Shown here piece after piece: positions 1-8,996 of a stretch of DNA of 56,517 nt (its first letter is position 1; every line of letters begins with the position of its first letter). The position numbers and the translations under genes were made by a program. The stretch comes from Verrucomicrobia bacterium UBA3750 (lineage in GTDB: Bacteria; Verrucomicrobiota; Kiritimatiellia; RFP12; UBA1067). The notes under the pieces were generated by a model, which worked only from the letters and a program-made list of their open reading frames with translations, ran no database searches and was not told the origin of the DNA. Location: NCBI GenBank assembly GCA_002371755.1, contig DFGM01000142.1, positions 1 to 56,517 on the forward strand. The letters run 5' to 3'.

Positions 1-2118
1 ACGATACCGGACAGCGTGACGAGTATCGGGAGTTCGGCGTTTAAAAATTGTAGAGGGCTTACGAGTGTGACGATGCCGGCACGGTTCAATACTCAATTTG
101 GTGACAATTTGAATGGTTGTCGGATTGCATATATCGCAACTGTTAAGGTCGATGTTGATGGGGAAGCGTTGACAACAAGATATGTCCCATGCGGGTCGGC
201 AATAGGAAAGTTGATAGCCGTGCAGCCGCGCGAAGGCTATACAGCGGTGTTCTTTTCGGCAAAGGATGATGGCGTCGAGATTTCTGCGGATACGGTGGTG
301 AACGAGGACATGACGGTTTATGTTCGGTGGATTGAGAATGAGCGTCAGGTGACTTTCGACGCAAATGGTGGTGCGGGCGGTAAGACGGTAACGCAGGACT
401 ATGGCACGGAGCTGGCTGCTCCGACGGTGACTAGGGCTGGTTATACGTTTGCAGGCTGGTCGCCTGAAGTCCCTGCTACTGTTCCTGCAGGCGATGCGAC
501 GTATGTGGCGCAGTGGACGGCCAACAAATACTCCATAGCCTACGATCCAAACGGCGGCAGCGGCAAGATGAATGCGACGCCAATGGTGTATGACGAGGTG
601 GGTGTCGTCGCCACATCGACATTCACTTATCCTGGGTATCTGTTTGCGGGATGGGCGACGAACGCGACTGGCGAGGTGGTGTACGGCGCAGGGCAGGCCG
701 TCAGCAATCTCTCTGCGCAGTCGGGCGGCGTTGTGACGCTGTACGCCGTCTGGGATGAGCGTGCGCTGACGTTTGGCGAGGCGGTAGGGACGGATGCGAA
801 AACCGAGTCCATCCCTTGGACGGTTGTCGAAGGCGAGGGGTGGATGGTTGATTTCGTCACGAACTATGATGGGGACGCGTCCTTGCGGAGCGGAGAGGTT
901 CCTGCCGCCGTTGACGGTGGTCGCACCGACACTACGTTGACGACGACGGTCTTTGGCGAGGGAAGCGGCTCATTTTGGTGGAAGGTGAGCTGCGAGAGTA
1001 TGGACGAGGAGTTTGGCGAATGGTATGACTATGCCGTGTTCTCGGTGGATGGCGCGGAAGTTGCAAGAATCGCGGGCGACAGCGGTTGGCAGGATGTTGA
1101 GTACGAAGTGACGGGCAATGTGTCGCATGTGCTGTCGTGGACGTTTACGCGCGACGACTGGGACGAACCCGACGCGGAATGGGAGAATGCCTTGTGGCTG
1201 GACGACTTCTCGTGGACGAAGGTGCTGACGCTCGGGGACGCGGCGAGCGCGGACGAGACAAGTGCGATGCTCCCGTGGGCGACAGGCGGGGACGCGGAAT
1301 GGACGGTTGACGAGACAACAGGCTGCGAGGACGGCCACTCCGCGATGAGCGGAGTGGTTACGAGTGGACAGTCATCGTGGATCGAGGTGTCGGTCGATGG
1401 CCCGGGAACGGCGACGTTCATGTGGAACGTGATGGGCGAAATCTATCGTGGTAATCCATTCGCATATGCAAAGGTCGAGGTTGACGGTGAAGAAAAGGCG
1501 CAAGAGTACAAGACCGACGGATGGAAGGAAAGGGCGCTTGATATTGATGGTGATGGAACGCATACGATCCGTTGGACGTATCTGCGCACGAGCGGCCGTG
1601 ATGCGGACGGCGACTGCGCTTGGCTTGACGCGGTGAGTTGGACGCCTAGCGAGGAGACGGAGGGCGTTGCGATTCTGGTCAACAGCGCGGCGGTTGAGTT
1701 CGAGACGGCTGCGGACGGGAAGTCGCGGACTGCGGCGGTCGCGGCGGGAACGACGGCGGAGGATGTGAAGGTCTTTGTCGGCGGCGTTGACGTGACGGCT
1801 GGGTTCAAGGTCGCGGTAGATGGAACGACGGCGACGGTGGCGTTGCGGGAGCCGTTTGAGAGGACGGGTGACGCGGCGGTTTCATCGAAACCGCCCTACC
1901 GTGAAAACGACGACGGCAAGACGGTTACGCTGAATGTCGAGGTTGTGCCGGGGCTTTACTATGCGGCGGATTCGGCGGCGACCATAGAGGCATTGAAGCG
2001 TCCGGGCGCGGCGGAGCCGGCGAAGGCTGGCGATGTCCTGACTCTCCCGAAGCAGGGCGGTTCACAAGGCTTCTACAAGGTCTGGGTTAGTGACGCGCCT
2101 ATTGCGGCAGACGATTGA
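1..2118 (+). CDS. surface repeat protein, 5'-partial (BspA-type LRR remnant, Listeria-Bacteroides/InlB B-repeats, two paralogous ~120-aa modules)
   Basis: The frame is open from nt 1 (TIPDSVTSIGSSAFKNCRGLTSV resembles a BspA-type LRR unit). Two ~70-aa units contain GYTFAGW / GYLFAGW, typical of Flg_new/InlB B-repeats. Two internal modules end in LWLDDFSWT / AWLDAVSWT. TGA at 2116-2118. Confidence 0.8.
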   Translation, partial: TIPDSVTSIGSSAFKNCRGLTSVTMPARFNTQFGDNLNGCRIAYIATVKVDVDGEALTTRYVPCGSAIGKLIAVQPREGYTAVFFSAKDDGVEISADTVVNEDMTVYVRWIENERQVTFDANGGAGGKTVTQDYGTELAAPTVTRAGYTFAGWSPEVPATVPAGDATYVAQWTANKYSIAYDPNGGSGKMNATPMVYDEVGVVATSTFTYPGYLFAGWATNATGEVVYGAGQAVSNLSAQSGGVVTLYAVWDERALTFGEAVGTDAKTESIPWTVVEGEGWMVDFVTNYDGDASLRSGEVPAAVDGGRTDTTLTTTVFGEGSGSFWWKVSCESMDEEFGEWYDYAVFSVDGAEVARIAGDSGWQDVEYEVTGNVSHVLSWTFTRDDWDEPDAEWENALWLDDFSWTKVLTLGDAASADETSAMLPWATGGDAEWTVDETTGCEDGHSAMSGVVTSGQSSWIEVSVDGPGTATFMWNVMGEIYRGNPFAYAKVEVDGEEKAQEYKTDGWKERALDIDGDGTHTIRWTYLRTSGRDADGDCAWLDAVSWTPSEETEGVAILVNSAAVEFETAADGKSRTAAVAAGTTAEDVKVFVGGVDVTAGFKVAVDGTTATVALREPFERTGDAAVSSKPPYRENDDGKTVTLNVEVVPGLYYAADSAATIEALKRPGAAEPAKAGDVLTLPKQGGSQGFYKVWVSDAPIAADD

Positions 2119-2273
2119 CGTGGATGCAATCCCTGGAGACCCTGCTCGTTTCGGATGATCGTGCGACTTATGGTGATTTCGGCTTAATCAAGCAGACAGG
2201 TGACAAGGTCTTTGCCCATACCCTATGGGCATTTACTTTGGCAAGTCATCCGCGCGGATGCTCCATTTCCCGT

Positions 2274-2303
2274 TTGCACTTTGGGCCGGGGATTTGGTAT
2301 AAT
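2274..2303 (+). promoter_or_regulatory. sigma70-type promoter upstream of glnS
   Basis: TTGCAC (2274-2279), 18-nt spacer, extended -10 TGgTATAAT (TATAAT at 2298-2303), about 40 nt upstream of the glnS ATG. Confidence 0.5.
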
Positions 2304-2343
2304 ATGCATCCAACCCTCAAATCCATGGATATATTGGAGATAT

Positions 2344-4056
2344 ATGAACGAATCTGACACTTCCAGGCACTTTCTGCGCCAATGGATCGAAAAGGACGTC
2401 GCCGACGGCAAAACAGGCGGCAAAGTCGTGACACGCTTTCCACCCGAACCGAACGGCTACATCCATATCGGTCACGCAAAGGCGGTGTGCGTGGACTTCG
2501 GCATGGCCGCGCTTTTCGGCGGCGAATGCCATTTGCGTCTTGACGACACGAATCCGGCAAAGGAATCCGACGAATACGCCGAAAACATCAAGAAGGATAT
2601 TCGCTGGCTCGGTTTCCAGTGGTCTGGCGATGGCGACGGGGTCGAGAGCGGGTTCTACAACGCTTCCAATATGTTCGACAAGATGTACGAGATTGCCGAA
2701 AATCTCATCAAGCGCGGTCAGGCATACTGCTGCAATCTCGGGCAGGAAGAGTGGAAAGAATACCGCGGCACGCCCGAAAAACCCGGCAAGCCCTCCCCTT
2801 CCCGCGATACCGACCCCGAACGCAACCTCAAAATCTTCCGCGAAATGCGCGACGGCAAGTATGCGGACGGCGAATGGTGCCTCAGGGCGAAGATCGACAT
2901 GTCCTCGCCAAACATCCATTTCCGCGATCCCGTCCTTTACCGCATCCGCCATGTCGCGCACTACCATCTTGGCGAGAAGTGGTGCATCTATCCCATGTAC
3001 GACTTTGCGCACCCGATTGAAGATGCGCTTGAAGGCGTGACGCATTCCATGTGCACGCTCGAGTTCGAGGTGCACCGTCCGCTATACGATTGGGTAGTGG
3101 ACCGTCTGGATGAAATGGGTATGCTCGTAGAGCGAGGCGGCGTCAAGATACGCCCGCAACAGCGCGAATTCGCGCGCCTCAATCTCACGCACACGGTGAT
3201 GTCGAAGCGTCTTTTGCTGCAGCTTGTCACCGAAGGCCGGGTGAACGGCTGGGACGATCCTCGCATGCCCACCGTATGCGGCATGCGCAGGCGCGGCTAC
3301 ACTCCAGGCGCGATACGCGAGTTCTGCGAACGCGTGGGCGTATCCAAGGTGGAAAGCGAAAGCGAAGGTGCGCTTCTGGAATGGTGCGTCAGGGAGGAGC
3401 TGAACAAGACTGCACTGCGCCGCATGGCCGTGCTCGACCCCGTCAAAGTGGTCATCGACAACTTCGAGGGCGTTCGCGAGGTGGAACTGCCGAACAACCC
3501 GCTGGACGAATCCGCGCTTACGCGCAAAATCCCCTTCTCCCGCGAAATCTGGATTGACAGGAGCGACTTCATGGAGGTGCCGGAGAAGAAGTTCTTCCGC
3601 ATGTTCCCGGGCGGCGAGGTGCGCCTGAGGGGGGCTTGCATCTTCAAATGCTCGCACGCCGTCAAGGACGATGCCGGCAATGTCGTTGAGATCCACGGCA
3701 CCTGGGACCCCGGCTCATGGGGCGGCAACGCTCCAGACGGCAGAAAGGTGAAAGGCACCATCCATTGGGTCGATGCCGCGACGGGCGTCAAGGCGAAGTT
3801 CCGTCTCTACGAGCAGCTTTTCACCGCGAAAGATCCTCTGAAGGATGGTTCCGAGCGCTTTTTGGAGCACATGAACCCCGATTCTCTTTGCGAGAAGGAG
3901 GGATTCGTGGAGCCGCTTCTCGGCACTGCCGCGCCCGGCGAACGCTTCCAGTTCGAGCGCACCGGGTATTTCGTCGCCGACGAAAAGGACTTCTCGCCAT
4001 CATCCCCCGTCTTCAACCGCACTGTCACCCTGAAGGACTCGTACAAGCCGGCATGA
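2344..4056 (+). CDS. glnS: glutaminyl-tRNA synthetase
   Basis: 570 aa. Class I HIGH motif (PEPNGYIHIGHAKA), KMSKS-like VMSKR, and GlnRS-like sequence throughout. Start set at ATG 2344, because the upstream 48 codons of the tracked ORF overlap the promoter region. Confidence 0.93.
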   Translation: MNESDTSRHFLRQWIEKDVADGKTGGKVVTRFPPEPNGYIHIGHAKAVCVDFGMAALFGGECHLRLDDTNPAKESDEYAENIKKDIRWLGFQWSGDGDGVESGFYNASNMFDKMYEIAENLIKRGQAYCCNLGQEEWKEYRGTPEKPGKPSPSRDTDPERNLKIFREMRDGKYADGEWCLRAKIDMSSPNIHFRDPVLYRIRHVAHYHLGEKWCIYPMYDFAHPIEDALEGVTHSMCTLEFEVHRPLYDWVVDRLDEMGMLVERGGVKIRPQQREFARLNLTHTVMSKRLLLQLVTEGRVNGWDDPRMPTVCGMRRRGYTPGAIREFCERVGVSKVESESEGALLEWCVREELNKTALRRMAVLDPVKVVIDNFEGVREVELPNNPLDESALTRKIPFSREIWIDRSDFMEVPEKKFFRMFPGGEVRLRGACIFKCSHAVKDDAGNVVEIHGTWDPGSWGGNAPDGRKVKGTIHWVDAATGVKAKFRLYEQLFTAKDPLKDGSERFLEHMNPDSLCEKEGFVEPLLGTAAPGERFQFERTGYFVADEKDFSPSSPVFNRTVTLKDSYKPA

Positions 4057-5273
4057 CACGCAGAGTCGCCATCACTGGAATGGGCATCGTGAGTGCGCTC
4101 GGGAACGACATTCCGGGCGCGTTCCAGCGACTCAAGACACCGCAAAATCTTGTCGAGCACGTTGAAGAACTCGCCGCGATAAAGGGGATGTTCTCGCATT
4201 TGGGTTCGCTTGCGCACTTTAGGCGCCCTTCCCGCTGGGATCGCAAGACGACGCGCACGATGGGACCTGTCGCAATGTATGCGCTCGCCGCCACGGAAGA
4301 GGCGCTTGCGCAGGCAGGAATCGACGAGGCGACATTGGAAAGCGGAAGATGCGGCATCGCCTACGGAAGCTGTTCGGGTTCGATTGCGCCCCACCTCGAC
4401 TTCCTCTCGATGATGCATACGCACGAGGTGAAAAACATCACGAGCGGCACATACATAAAGCTCATGCCCCAGACGACGGCCTGCAATCTTTCGGTGCATT
4501 TCAAGACGCACGGCAGGCTTGTTCCGACGGGTACAGCCTGCACCTCCGGCTCGCTCGCCATCGGCAACGCCTACGAACTCGTGAAATACGGCATTCAGGA
4601 CGTGATGATCGCCGGGGGCGCAGAGGAGTTTTCGCCTGCGCAAGTGGCCATCTTCGATACGCTCTTCGCCACATCCACAAGAAACGGCGAACCCTCCAAA
4701 ACGCCCGCGCCGTACGATGCCAACCGCGACGGCCTTGTGATTGGCGAAGGCGCCTGCACCTTGATAGTGGAGGACATGGAGCGGGCCAAGGCACGGGGCG
4801 CGAAAATCCTCGCCGAAGTCGTCGGCTTTTGCGAAAACACCGATGGCACCCATGTCACCAACCCCAACGCCGAAACGATGTGCGCCGCACTGAAAGGCGC
4901 AATTGCCGACGCCCAAATCTCGCCAGATGCGATTTCCTATGTGAACGGACACGGCACGGCGACTAAAACGGGCGACATCGCCGAAACGCACGCCACTCGC
5001 GAGGCGTTTGCCAGAGCCGTGCCGATTTCTTCTACAAAGTCGTATATCGGCCACACGCTGGGCGCTTGCGGAGCGATTGAAGCGGCCATGACAATCTGTT
5101 CGCTGAACGAAGGCTGGTTCCACCCCACGCTCAATCTAACCACGCCGGATCCCGCATGCGCCGAACTCGACTACATCACAGGCGACGGCAGGCGCATGGA
5201 TGCGGAATACGCCATGAGCAACAACTTCGCTTTCGGCGGCGTGAATACCTCCCTCGTCTTCCGCCATCCCTGA
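4053..5273 (+). CDS. beta-ketoacyl-[ACP] synthase, KAS I/II family
   Basis: 406 aa starting MTRRVAITGMGIVSALGN. Active-site Cys context TACTSGSLAIGNA, His motifs HGTATKTGD and GHTLGACGAIE, C-terminal NNFAFGGVNTSLVF. The ATG overlaps the glnS TGA (ATGA at 4053-4056). Confidence 0.88.
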   Translation: MTRRVAITGMGIVSALGNDIPGAFQRLKTPQNLVEHVEELAAIKGMFSHLGSLAHFRRPSRWDRKTTRTMGPVAMYALAATEEALAQAGIDEATLESGRCGIAYGSCSGSIAPHLDFLSMMHTHEVKNITSGTYIKLMPQTTACNLSVHFKTHGRLVPTGTACTSGSLAIGNAYELVKYGIQDVMIAGGAEEFSPAQVAIFDTLFATSTRNGEPSKTPAPYDANRDGLVIGEGACTLIVEDMERAKARGAKILAEVVGFCENTDGTHVTNPNAETMCAALKGAIADAQISPDAISYVNGHGTATKTGDIAETHATREAFARAVPISSTKSYIGHTLGACGAIEAAMTICSLNEGWFHPTLNLTTPDPACAELDYITGDGRRMDAEYAMSNNFAFGGVNTSLVFRHP

Positions 5274-5282
5274 CCCCCGCCC

Positions 5283-5345
5283 TGTATTTTCAAAAACGAT
5301 TTGGGAAGGAATCAAGCGAAGTTGGGAAAGACGGCTTGAATCGCG
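5283..5345. repeat. putative prophage left end with candidate transposase-binding motifs
   Basis: Begins TGTATTTTC. TGGGAAG at 5302-5308 and TGGGAAAG at 5323-5330. A similar GATGGAAAC lies near 5440. The motif recurs in inverted orientation at the right end. Confidence 0.4.
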
Positions 5346-5384
5346 AACGACAAAAGCTCCCTGCAAGGGCGTTGCAAGGAGCTT
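5345..5384 (-). terminator. rho-independent terminator at the end of the leftward early operon
   Basis: On the minus strand: AAGCTCCTTGCAA-cgccc-TTGCAGGGAGCTT (13-bp stem with one G.U) followed by TTTTGTCGTT, located 20 nt after the stop of ORF 5406..5639. Confidence 0.6.
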
Positions 5385-5405
5385 GAATTGAAGTTGAATG
5401 ACATT

Positions 5406-5639
5406 TTAGAGAGTTGCGCGACGGGTTTTGCCTGAGCGATGGAAACAGTTGGGCGCACATGCGTCGCGCTCAAAACCAGAACGACTAAAGCTCCCTCTCC
5501 AGTTGCTGCGCGCCTTACGATAAACGCTCTCTTGCGGTATTACATGTAATCCGCGATGCTCGCAATAGAAATGGCCTGCGGCGTTGCAATTGTTTGGATC
5601 GAGCCAGCGGCAAGGTGGATAGAAGATCGGGCGGCTCAT
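5406..5639 (-). CDS. hypothetical small Cys/His-containing protein (last gene of early arm)
   Basis: 77 aa. The ATG overlaps the upstream stop (ATGA at 5636-5639). Scattered Cys/His residues (CRW, CNAAGHFYCEH, CAPNCFH). Lower GC than the phage core. Confidence 0.55.
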   Translation of the reverse strand: MSRPIFYPPCRWLDPNNCNAAGHFYCEHRGLHVIPQESVYRKARSNWRGSFSRSGFERDACAPNCFHRSGKTRRATL

Positions 5640-5896
5640 AGCGACTCCTTCATCCTTGAAAGTCTTTTGCGTATAAGTTCAAGCATCCTTGGCGTAATGT
5701 GATACCAGGCCTTCGCACCGTCAGGCCACTCGACCATGAGCGCGTACAGACCAGACCTCGGTCTGACTTGTAGACGCGATGCATCGCAGTACCCGAACCC
5801 TGCCGCAACGCAAAGTACATCGTCAATTTCTTGCACCCCATTTGGATCGTAATAATCCCAGAGGAATCTTTCTGGGCTGATTTCTTCAAGGTTCAT
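5636..5896 (-). CDS. hypothetical early protein
   Basis: 86 aa. 4-nt overlaps with both neighbouring genes indicate translational coupling. No motif recognised. Confidence 0.6.
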   Translation of the reverse strand: MNLEEISPERFLWDYYDPNGVQEIDDVLCVAAGFGYCDASRLQVRPRSGLYALMVEWPDGAKAWYHITPRMLELIRKRLSRMKESL

Positions 5897-6252
5897 TTTA
5901 GGTCGTCTTGATTCAAGGGTTTGTCAATGAGTTGCACACGGCGTTTGAGCGCTATGACATAGTGTGAGCCGGTCGGTTCGCCCCAGCTAGGGTGTAGCCG
6001 GTCGTGGTAGATGTTAACGCCGCATGCCTCGACATATAAACCAGGCTTGCAATAACCACGCGAGAAGGCTATCACAAGGTGTCCGCCGAAATTATAACGC
6101 ATTATCCAATTGCCAATCCGCTTTCGCCAGTATGGCGTATCTGCGCGGTATTCTTCCTTTTTCTCGCCGCTTGCGATCAGGTCATACCAATTGCCCTTGA
6201 GTACAAGAGGCAAAATAGAACATTGGCTGCGCTTGAGTTTAATCATCTTCAT
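5893..6252 (-). CDS. ASCH (PUA-like) domain protein
   Basis: 119 aa. The N-terminal pattern SILPLVLKGNWYDLIASGEKKEEYR resembles the ASCH beta-barrel start (ilsikpew...sGkKtvEfR). Confidence 0.6.
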   Translation of the reverse strand: MKMIKLKRSQCSILPLVLKGNWYDLIASGEKKEEYRADTPYWRKRIGNWIMRYNFGGHLVIAFSRGYCKPGLYVEACGVNIYHDRLHPSWGEPTGSHYVIALKRRVQLIDKPLNQDDLK

Positions 6253-6266
6253 GCTCCTAACTTTAA

Positions 6267-6506
6267 TCAGCCCAGCCGATCACATATCGCTCTTGCGATA
6301 ATTGCCGGCAGAACCATTAAGACATAAAGGACCAAAACAAGGGCTGCCGCAGGCCAAGCAACCACTGTGAGCAGAATGGCGCCAAAGTGTCTGTCAAAGT
6401 AGCTTTCAGCCGTCGAGTTCGTGCCTGACATTTTGATGCCCCATACTATGCCGGCGATAATCCAGCCAATAAAGTAAATGATTACAATTTTAGCACCAGT
6501 GCTCAT
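6267..6506 (-). CDS. small integral membrane protein
   Basis: 79 aa from ATG 6506, which overlaps the upstream TGA. Two to three hydrophobic helices (IVIIYFIGWIIAGIVWGI, AILLTVVAWPAAALVLVLYVLMVLPAII). Confidence 0.6.
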   Translation of the reverse strand: MSTGAKIVIIYFIGWIIAGIVWGIKMSGTNSTAESYFDRHFGAILLTVVAWPAAALVLVLYVLMVLPAIIARAICDRLG

Positions 6507-7144
6507 GACGCCCTCCGGATGTTGATGTGGATAGATGCGGAGATGTCGGCATATGCGTTTGGATCGTAACAAACGCGGACGCCGCCGGTGGACGGGAGCT
6601 CGTAGCGCGCGTGCGGGTCAAAGCCGAGGAACGCCCGGAGCGTGCGGCCGTCCAGGAGCCCCCGGAGAAGCCGCCGGCGGTGCGTATCGAGTATCTGGAA
6701 CAATAACGTCAGGCTGTCCGGCGAGACGTCCATCCAAAACGAATAATCAGTCAAGTTTCGGCCGCAAGGCACGCGCGCTTGCTCTACGATTCCAGCGAGG
6801 TAGTCGGTCGCTTCGGAAGATCCAGCCGGGCATCCTTTCAACTGCATGACTTGTGCGCAACAGATCCGGATCAGCGCCGCCTTGCGCGCGTCGTCGCCAA
6901 TAGCGAAACGGCACGCCGTCTCGTAGTCCCCGGCATCTTCAGCAAAGCGCTTCATAACCTTGTCGAACTCCCCCGTCCGGCCAAGGTCGGCGAGATGGTC
7001 CTTGCCAGCCTCTTCGCGCATGACGCGCTTGCGGTACTCCTCGCGCTCTTCTGTTGTTGAGTAGCCGAGGTTCACACACGCGGCGTGATGGGCGCGGAAG
7101 AACGCCAGCCGCTGCTTTTGCGTGATTTTGGTTTGTCTGCTCAT
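6503..7144 (-). CDS. GemA/Mu gp16-like early regulatory protein (tentative)
   Basis: 213 aa. Sits downstream of the B-like and DUF3164-like genes. The N-terminal ITQKQRLAFFRAHHAACVNLGYSTTEEREEYRKRVM resembles the GemA pattern (kiHvakkqLgldddtYRa). Assigned by synteny plus weak motif similarity. Confidence 0.45.
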   Translation of the reverse strand: MSRQTKITQKQRLAFFRAHHAACVNLGYSTTEEREEYRKRVMREEAGKDHLADLGRTGEFDKVMKRFAEDAGDYETACRFAIGDDARKAALIRICCAQVMQLKGCPAGSSEATDYLAGIVEQARVPCGRNLTDYSFWMDVSPDSLTLLFQILDTHRRRLLRGLLDGRTLRAFLGFDPHARYELPSTGGVRVCYDPNAYADISASIHINIRRAS

Positions 7145-7177
7145 CTTGTTTCTCCTGTTGGTTGGGTGGTCGGTTGG

Positions 7178-7798
7178 TCAGGTTGTTTCCTCCGGCCAGC
7201 AGTCGGCGATGTCGAGGCGGATTTGCCGGAAGTCGGCCTGCGTGGACGGCCGCACCTCGCAAGCCAAATACCGCTTTCCCTTCTGCGGCTTGATGGCGTC
7301 CTGGAGGATCTGCTTGGCCTCGCGCCAGTCGGCGTTGTCGATCTCCATCCGGAGGAGCGACATGATCTTGCCGGTCGAAAGGAAGCCCTGCGCGTTGGCC
7401 TTGAACGCCTCCGCGACAATGAGCTTCAGCGCCTGGGCGTCGTTCCCGCCGATCTTCGCGAGCACGCCCCCGACGTAGCCCAGCATCAGTTCCCGGGCGC
7501 GGACCACGCGCTCGTCGAGGAGGATGTTGTACTGCTGCCGGATCGAGACCTGGATGAGCGCGTCGAAGCTGCGTGCCTGGAAGTTGCCCTTAGCGCCCAG
7601 CGACTCCTTGCACTTCGCGAGCTCGTCGAGGTCGGCTATCGACTCCCTGACGACCGCCTCCAGCGCGGCGCGCGCCTTGCGGAAACGCGCCTCGATGCGG
7701 CGGGTGATCTTGTCGCGCAGCTTGTCGTAGGCCGAGACGTACTTGACCGGCACGTCCTGCCCGTTCGAGTCGCGCATCGTCTTGATTGGTGTTGCCAT
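7178..7798 (-). CDS. DUF3164-like Mu-family early protein
   Basis: 206 aa. Lies immediately downstream of the MuB-like gene, as in other transposable phages. Helical, with no catalytic motifs. Family call made from memory of length and synteny. Confidence 0.5.
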   Translation of the reverse strand: MATPIKTMRDSNGQDVPVKYVSAYDKLRDKITRRIEARFRKARAALEAVVRESIADLDELAKCKESLGAKGNFQARSFDALIQVSIRQQYNILLDERVVRARELMLGYVGGVLAKIGGNDAQALKLIVAEAFKANAQGFLSTGKIMSLLRMEIDNADWREAKQILQDAIKPQKGKRYLACEVRPSTQADFRQIRLDIADCWPEETT

Positions 7799-7825
7799 TT
7801 TTGTTTCCTTCCTGTTGTGGTGAAA

Positions 7826-8965
7826 TCAGTACTTCTCTTGCTCCATGTTGGCGAGTGCGAGGTAGCCGTTTGCCGTTTGCCAGAAGATATCCCATGTAAG
7901 CGCGCACTTCGTCTTTCGCGCCATTGCGTAGGATTTCTGGAGATACTTTATAAAGACGCCGAGACCGCGCGACTTGATAAGATCCTTGATGTCGCGCATT
8001 ACCTGGCCTGTCGGAAGCGGAAGGTCGAACGAGCGGGCGACCTCGTTGATGTCGCGTGTGGGCGGCAGATCTGGCAATATTGCCTTCACGACGCCACGCT
8101 TCGTAAACTGCTCGAAGGTCAGCCGGTTGTCGCTACGCTCGATCGCTTCGAGCCCAACCTTCGTCGCGCACATCACGACGCCGCAGCCGGTCCGGTCGTG
8201 GATCCCGCGAATGAACTCCAGGAGCTCAGCCACGCGGTCGCGGCGAAGCGTTGTAAAGGCAAGGTGGAACTCGTCGACGATCAGAAGGTTGTAACGGTTC
8301 AAGCTGCGGTGAATCGCGTCTTCAAGAGCCCAGCACTTCGTCGCCTTGACGCCGTTGTTGAGAATCTGAGCGAGCTCGCGCACAAAGCGTGTTCGCGTCC
8401 ATCCTGAGTCAAGACGGATATAGATCGTCCGGCCGTGGTTGTGCTCGCGCTGATACGCCATGAGCGCCGTCGTCTTCCCGATTTGCGAAGCGCCGTAGAC
8501 AAAGACAGGCCAGCCGTCGTTGAGCGCCGCATCGCAGCATTGATAGACTGTATCGCGAACTTCGGTATGAATAATCCCGATGTTCTTCTTCTTCATTTCC
8601 TCAATCTCGATGGCCTTGAACGCCCTGATTGCCTTGATGACGCCGGACCAGCTCGAAGTGCGCCCGTCCTTGTATACGCCGTATATGCCGCGAAACACCT
8701 GATAAAGAGAGTTTTTGTCATAGGCGCCCATCTTCGCCGCAAGATCGCCTTCCTTCAGGTGGTTGTCTTGTGCGTAGTTGTAGAGCCACCAGACTTCCTC
8801 GCCGTCTTCTTCAGATAGCTGGCCGCGAACGACAGCTTGTTTGATTGCGGCACGCACCTGGTGTGCCGGCATCGAGATTCCGCGCGTGATGATGGCGGAG
8901 TGCTTTTCGCCAGGCGCGGCCTCGACGGTCGGCAGTTCTGGCTGGACAGTGGATTTTTCGCTCAT
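7826..8965 (-). CDS. MuB-like AAA+ ATPase (transposition target-DNA activator)
   Basis: Walker A GASQIGKTT and Walker B LLIVDEFH. Directly downstream of the transposase. Start set at MSEKS (ATG 8965), which is preceded by AAGGAG. Confidence 0.8.
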   Translation of the reverse strand: MSEKSTVQPELPTVEAAPGEKHSAIITRGISMPAHQVRAAIKQAVVRGQLSEEDGEEVWWLYNYAQDNHLKEGDLAAKMGAYDKNSLYQVFRGIYGVYKDGRTSSWSGVIKAIRAFKAIEIEEMKKKNIGIIHTEVRDTVYQCCDAALNDGWPVFVYGASQIGKTTALMAYQREHNHGRTIYIRLDSGWTRTRFVRELAQILNNGVKATKCWALEDAIHRSLNRYNLLIVDEFHLAFTTLRRDRVAELLEFIRGIHDRTGCGVVMCATKVGLEAIERSDNRLTFEQFTKRGVVKAILPDLPPTRDINEVARSFDLPLPTGQVMRDIKDLIKSRGLGVFIKYLQKSYAMARKTKCALTWDIFWQTANGYLALANMEQEKY

Positions 8966-8996
8966 TTGGTTTTCTCCTTTGGTGGTTGGTACTGGT

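Noticed and set aside
2200-2343. Upstream extension of the glnS ORF (MTRSLPIPYG...) and the overlapping ORF 2115..2357.
   Set aside because: The extension covers a good TTGCAC-18-TATAAT promoter and has no GlnRS similarity. Typical GlnRS sequence starts at the ATG at 2344.
3717-4052. N-terminal 112-codon extension of the ketosynthase ORF, overlapping glnS.
   Set aside because: It is Arg-rich and out of frame with the well-supported glnS 3' end. The canonical KAS N-terminus (MTRRVAITGMGIVS) starts at 4053 with an ATGA overlap.
5278-5282. Search for the 5-bp target duplication expected for Mu-type insertion (left flank CGCCC, right flank CGGCG at 35762-35766; also tried CCCCG at 5276-5280 and 35768-35772).
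   Set aside because: No pair of identical 5-mers is positioned consistently with TG...CA ends. The exact junctions are therefore left open rather than asserted.
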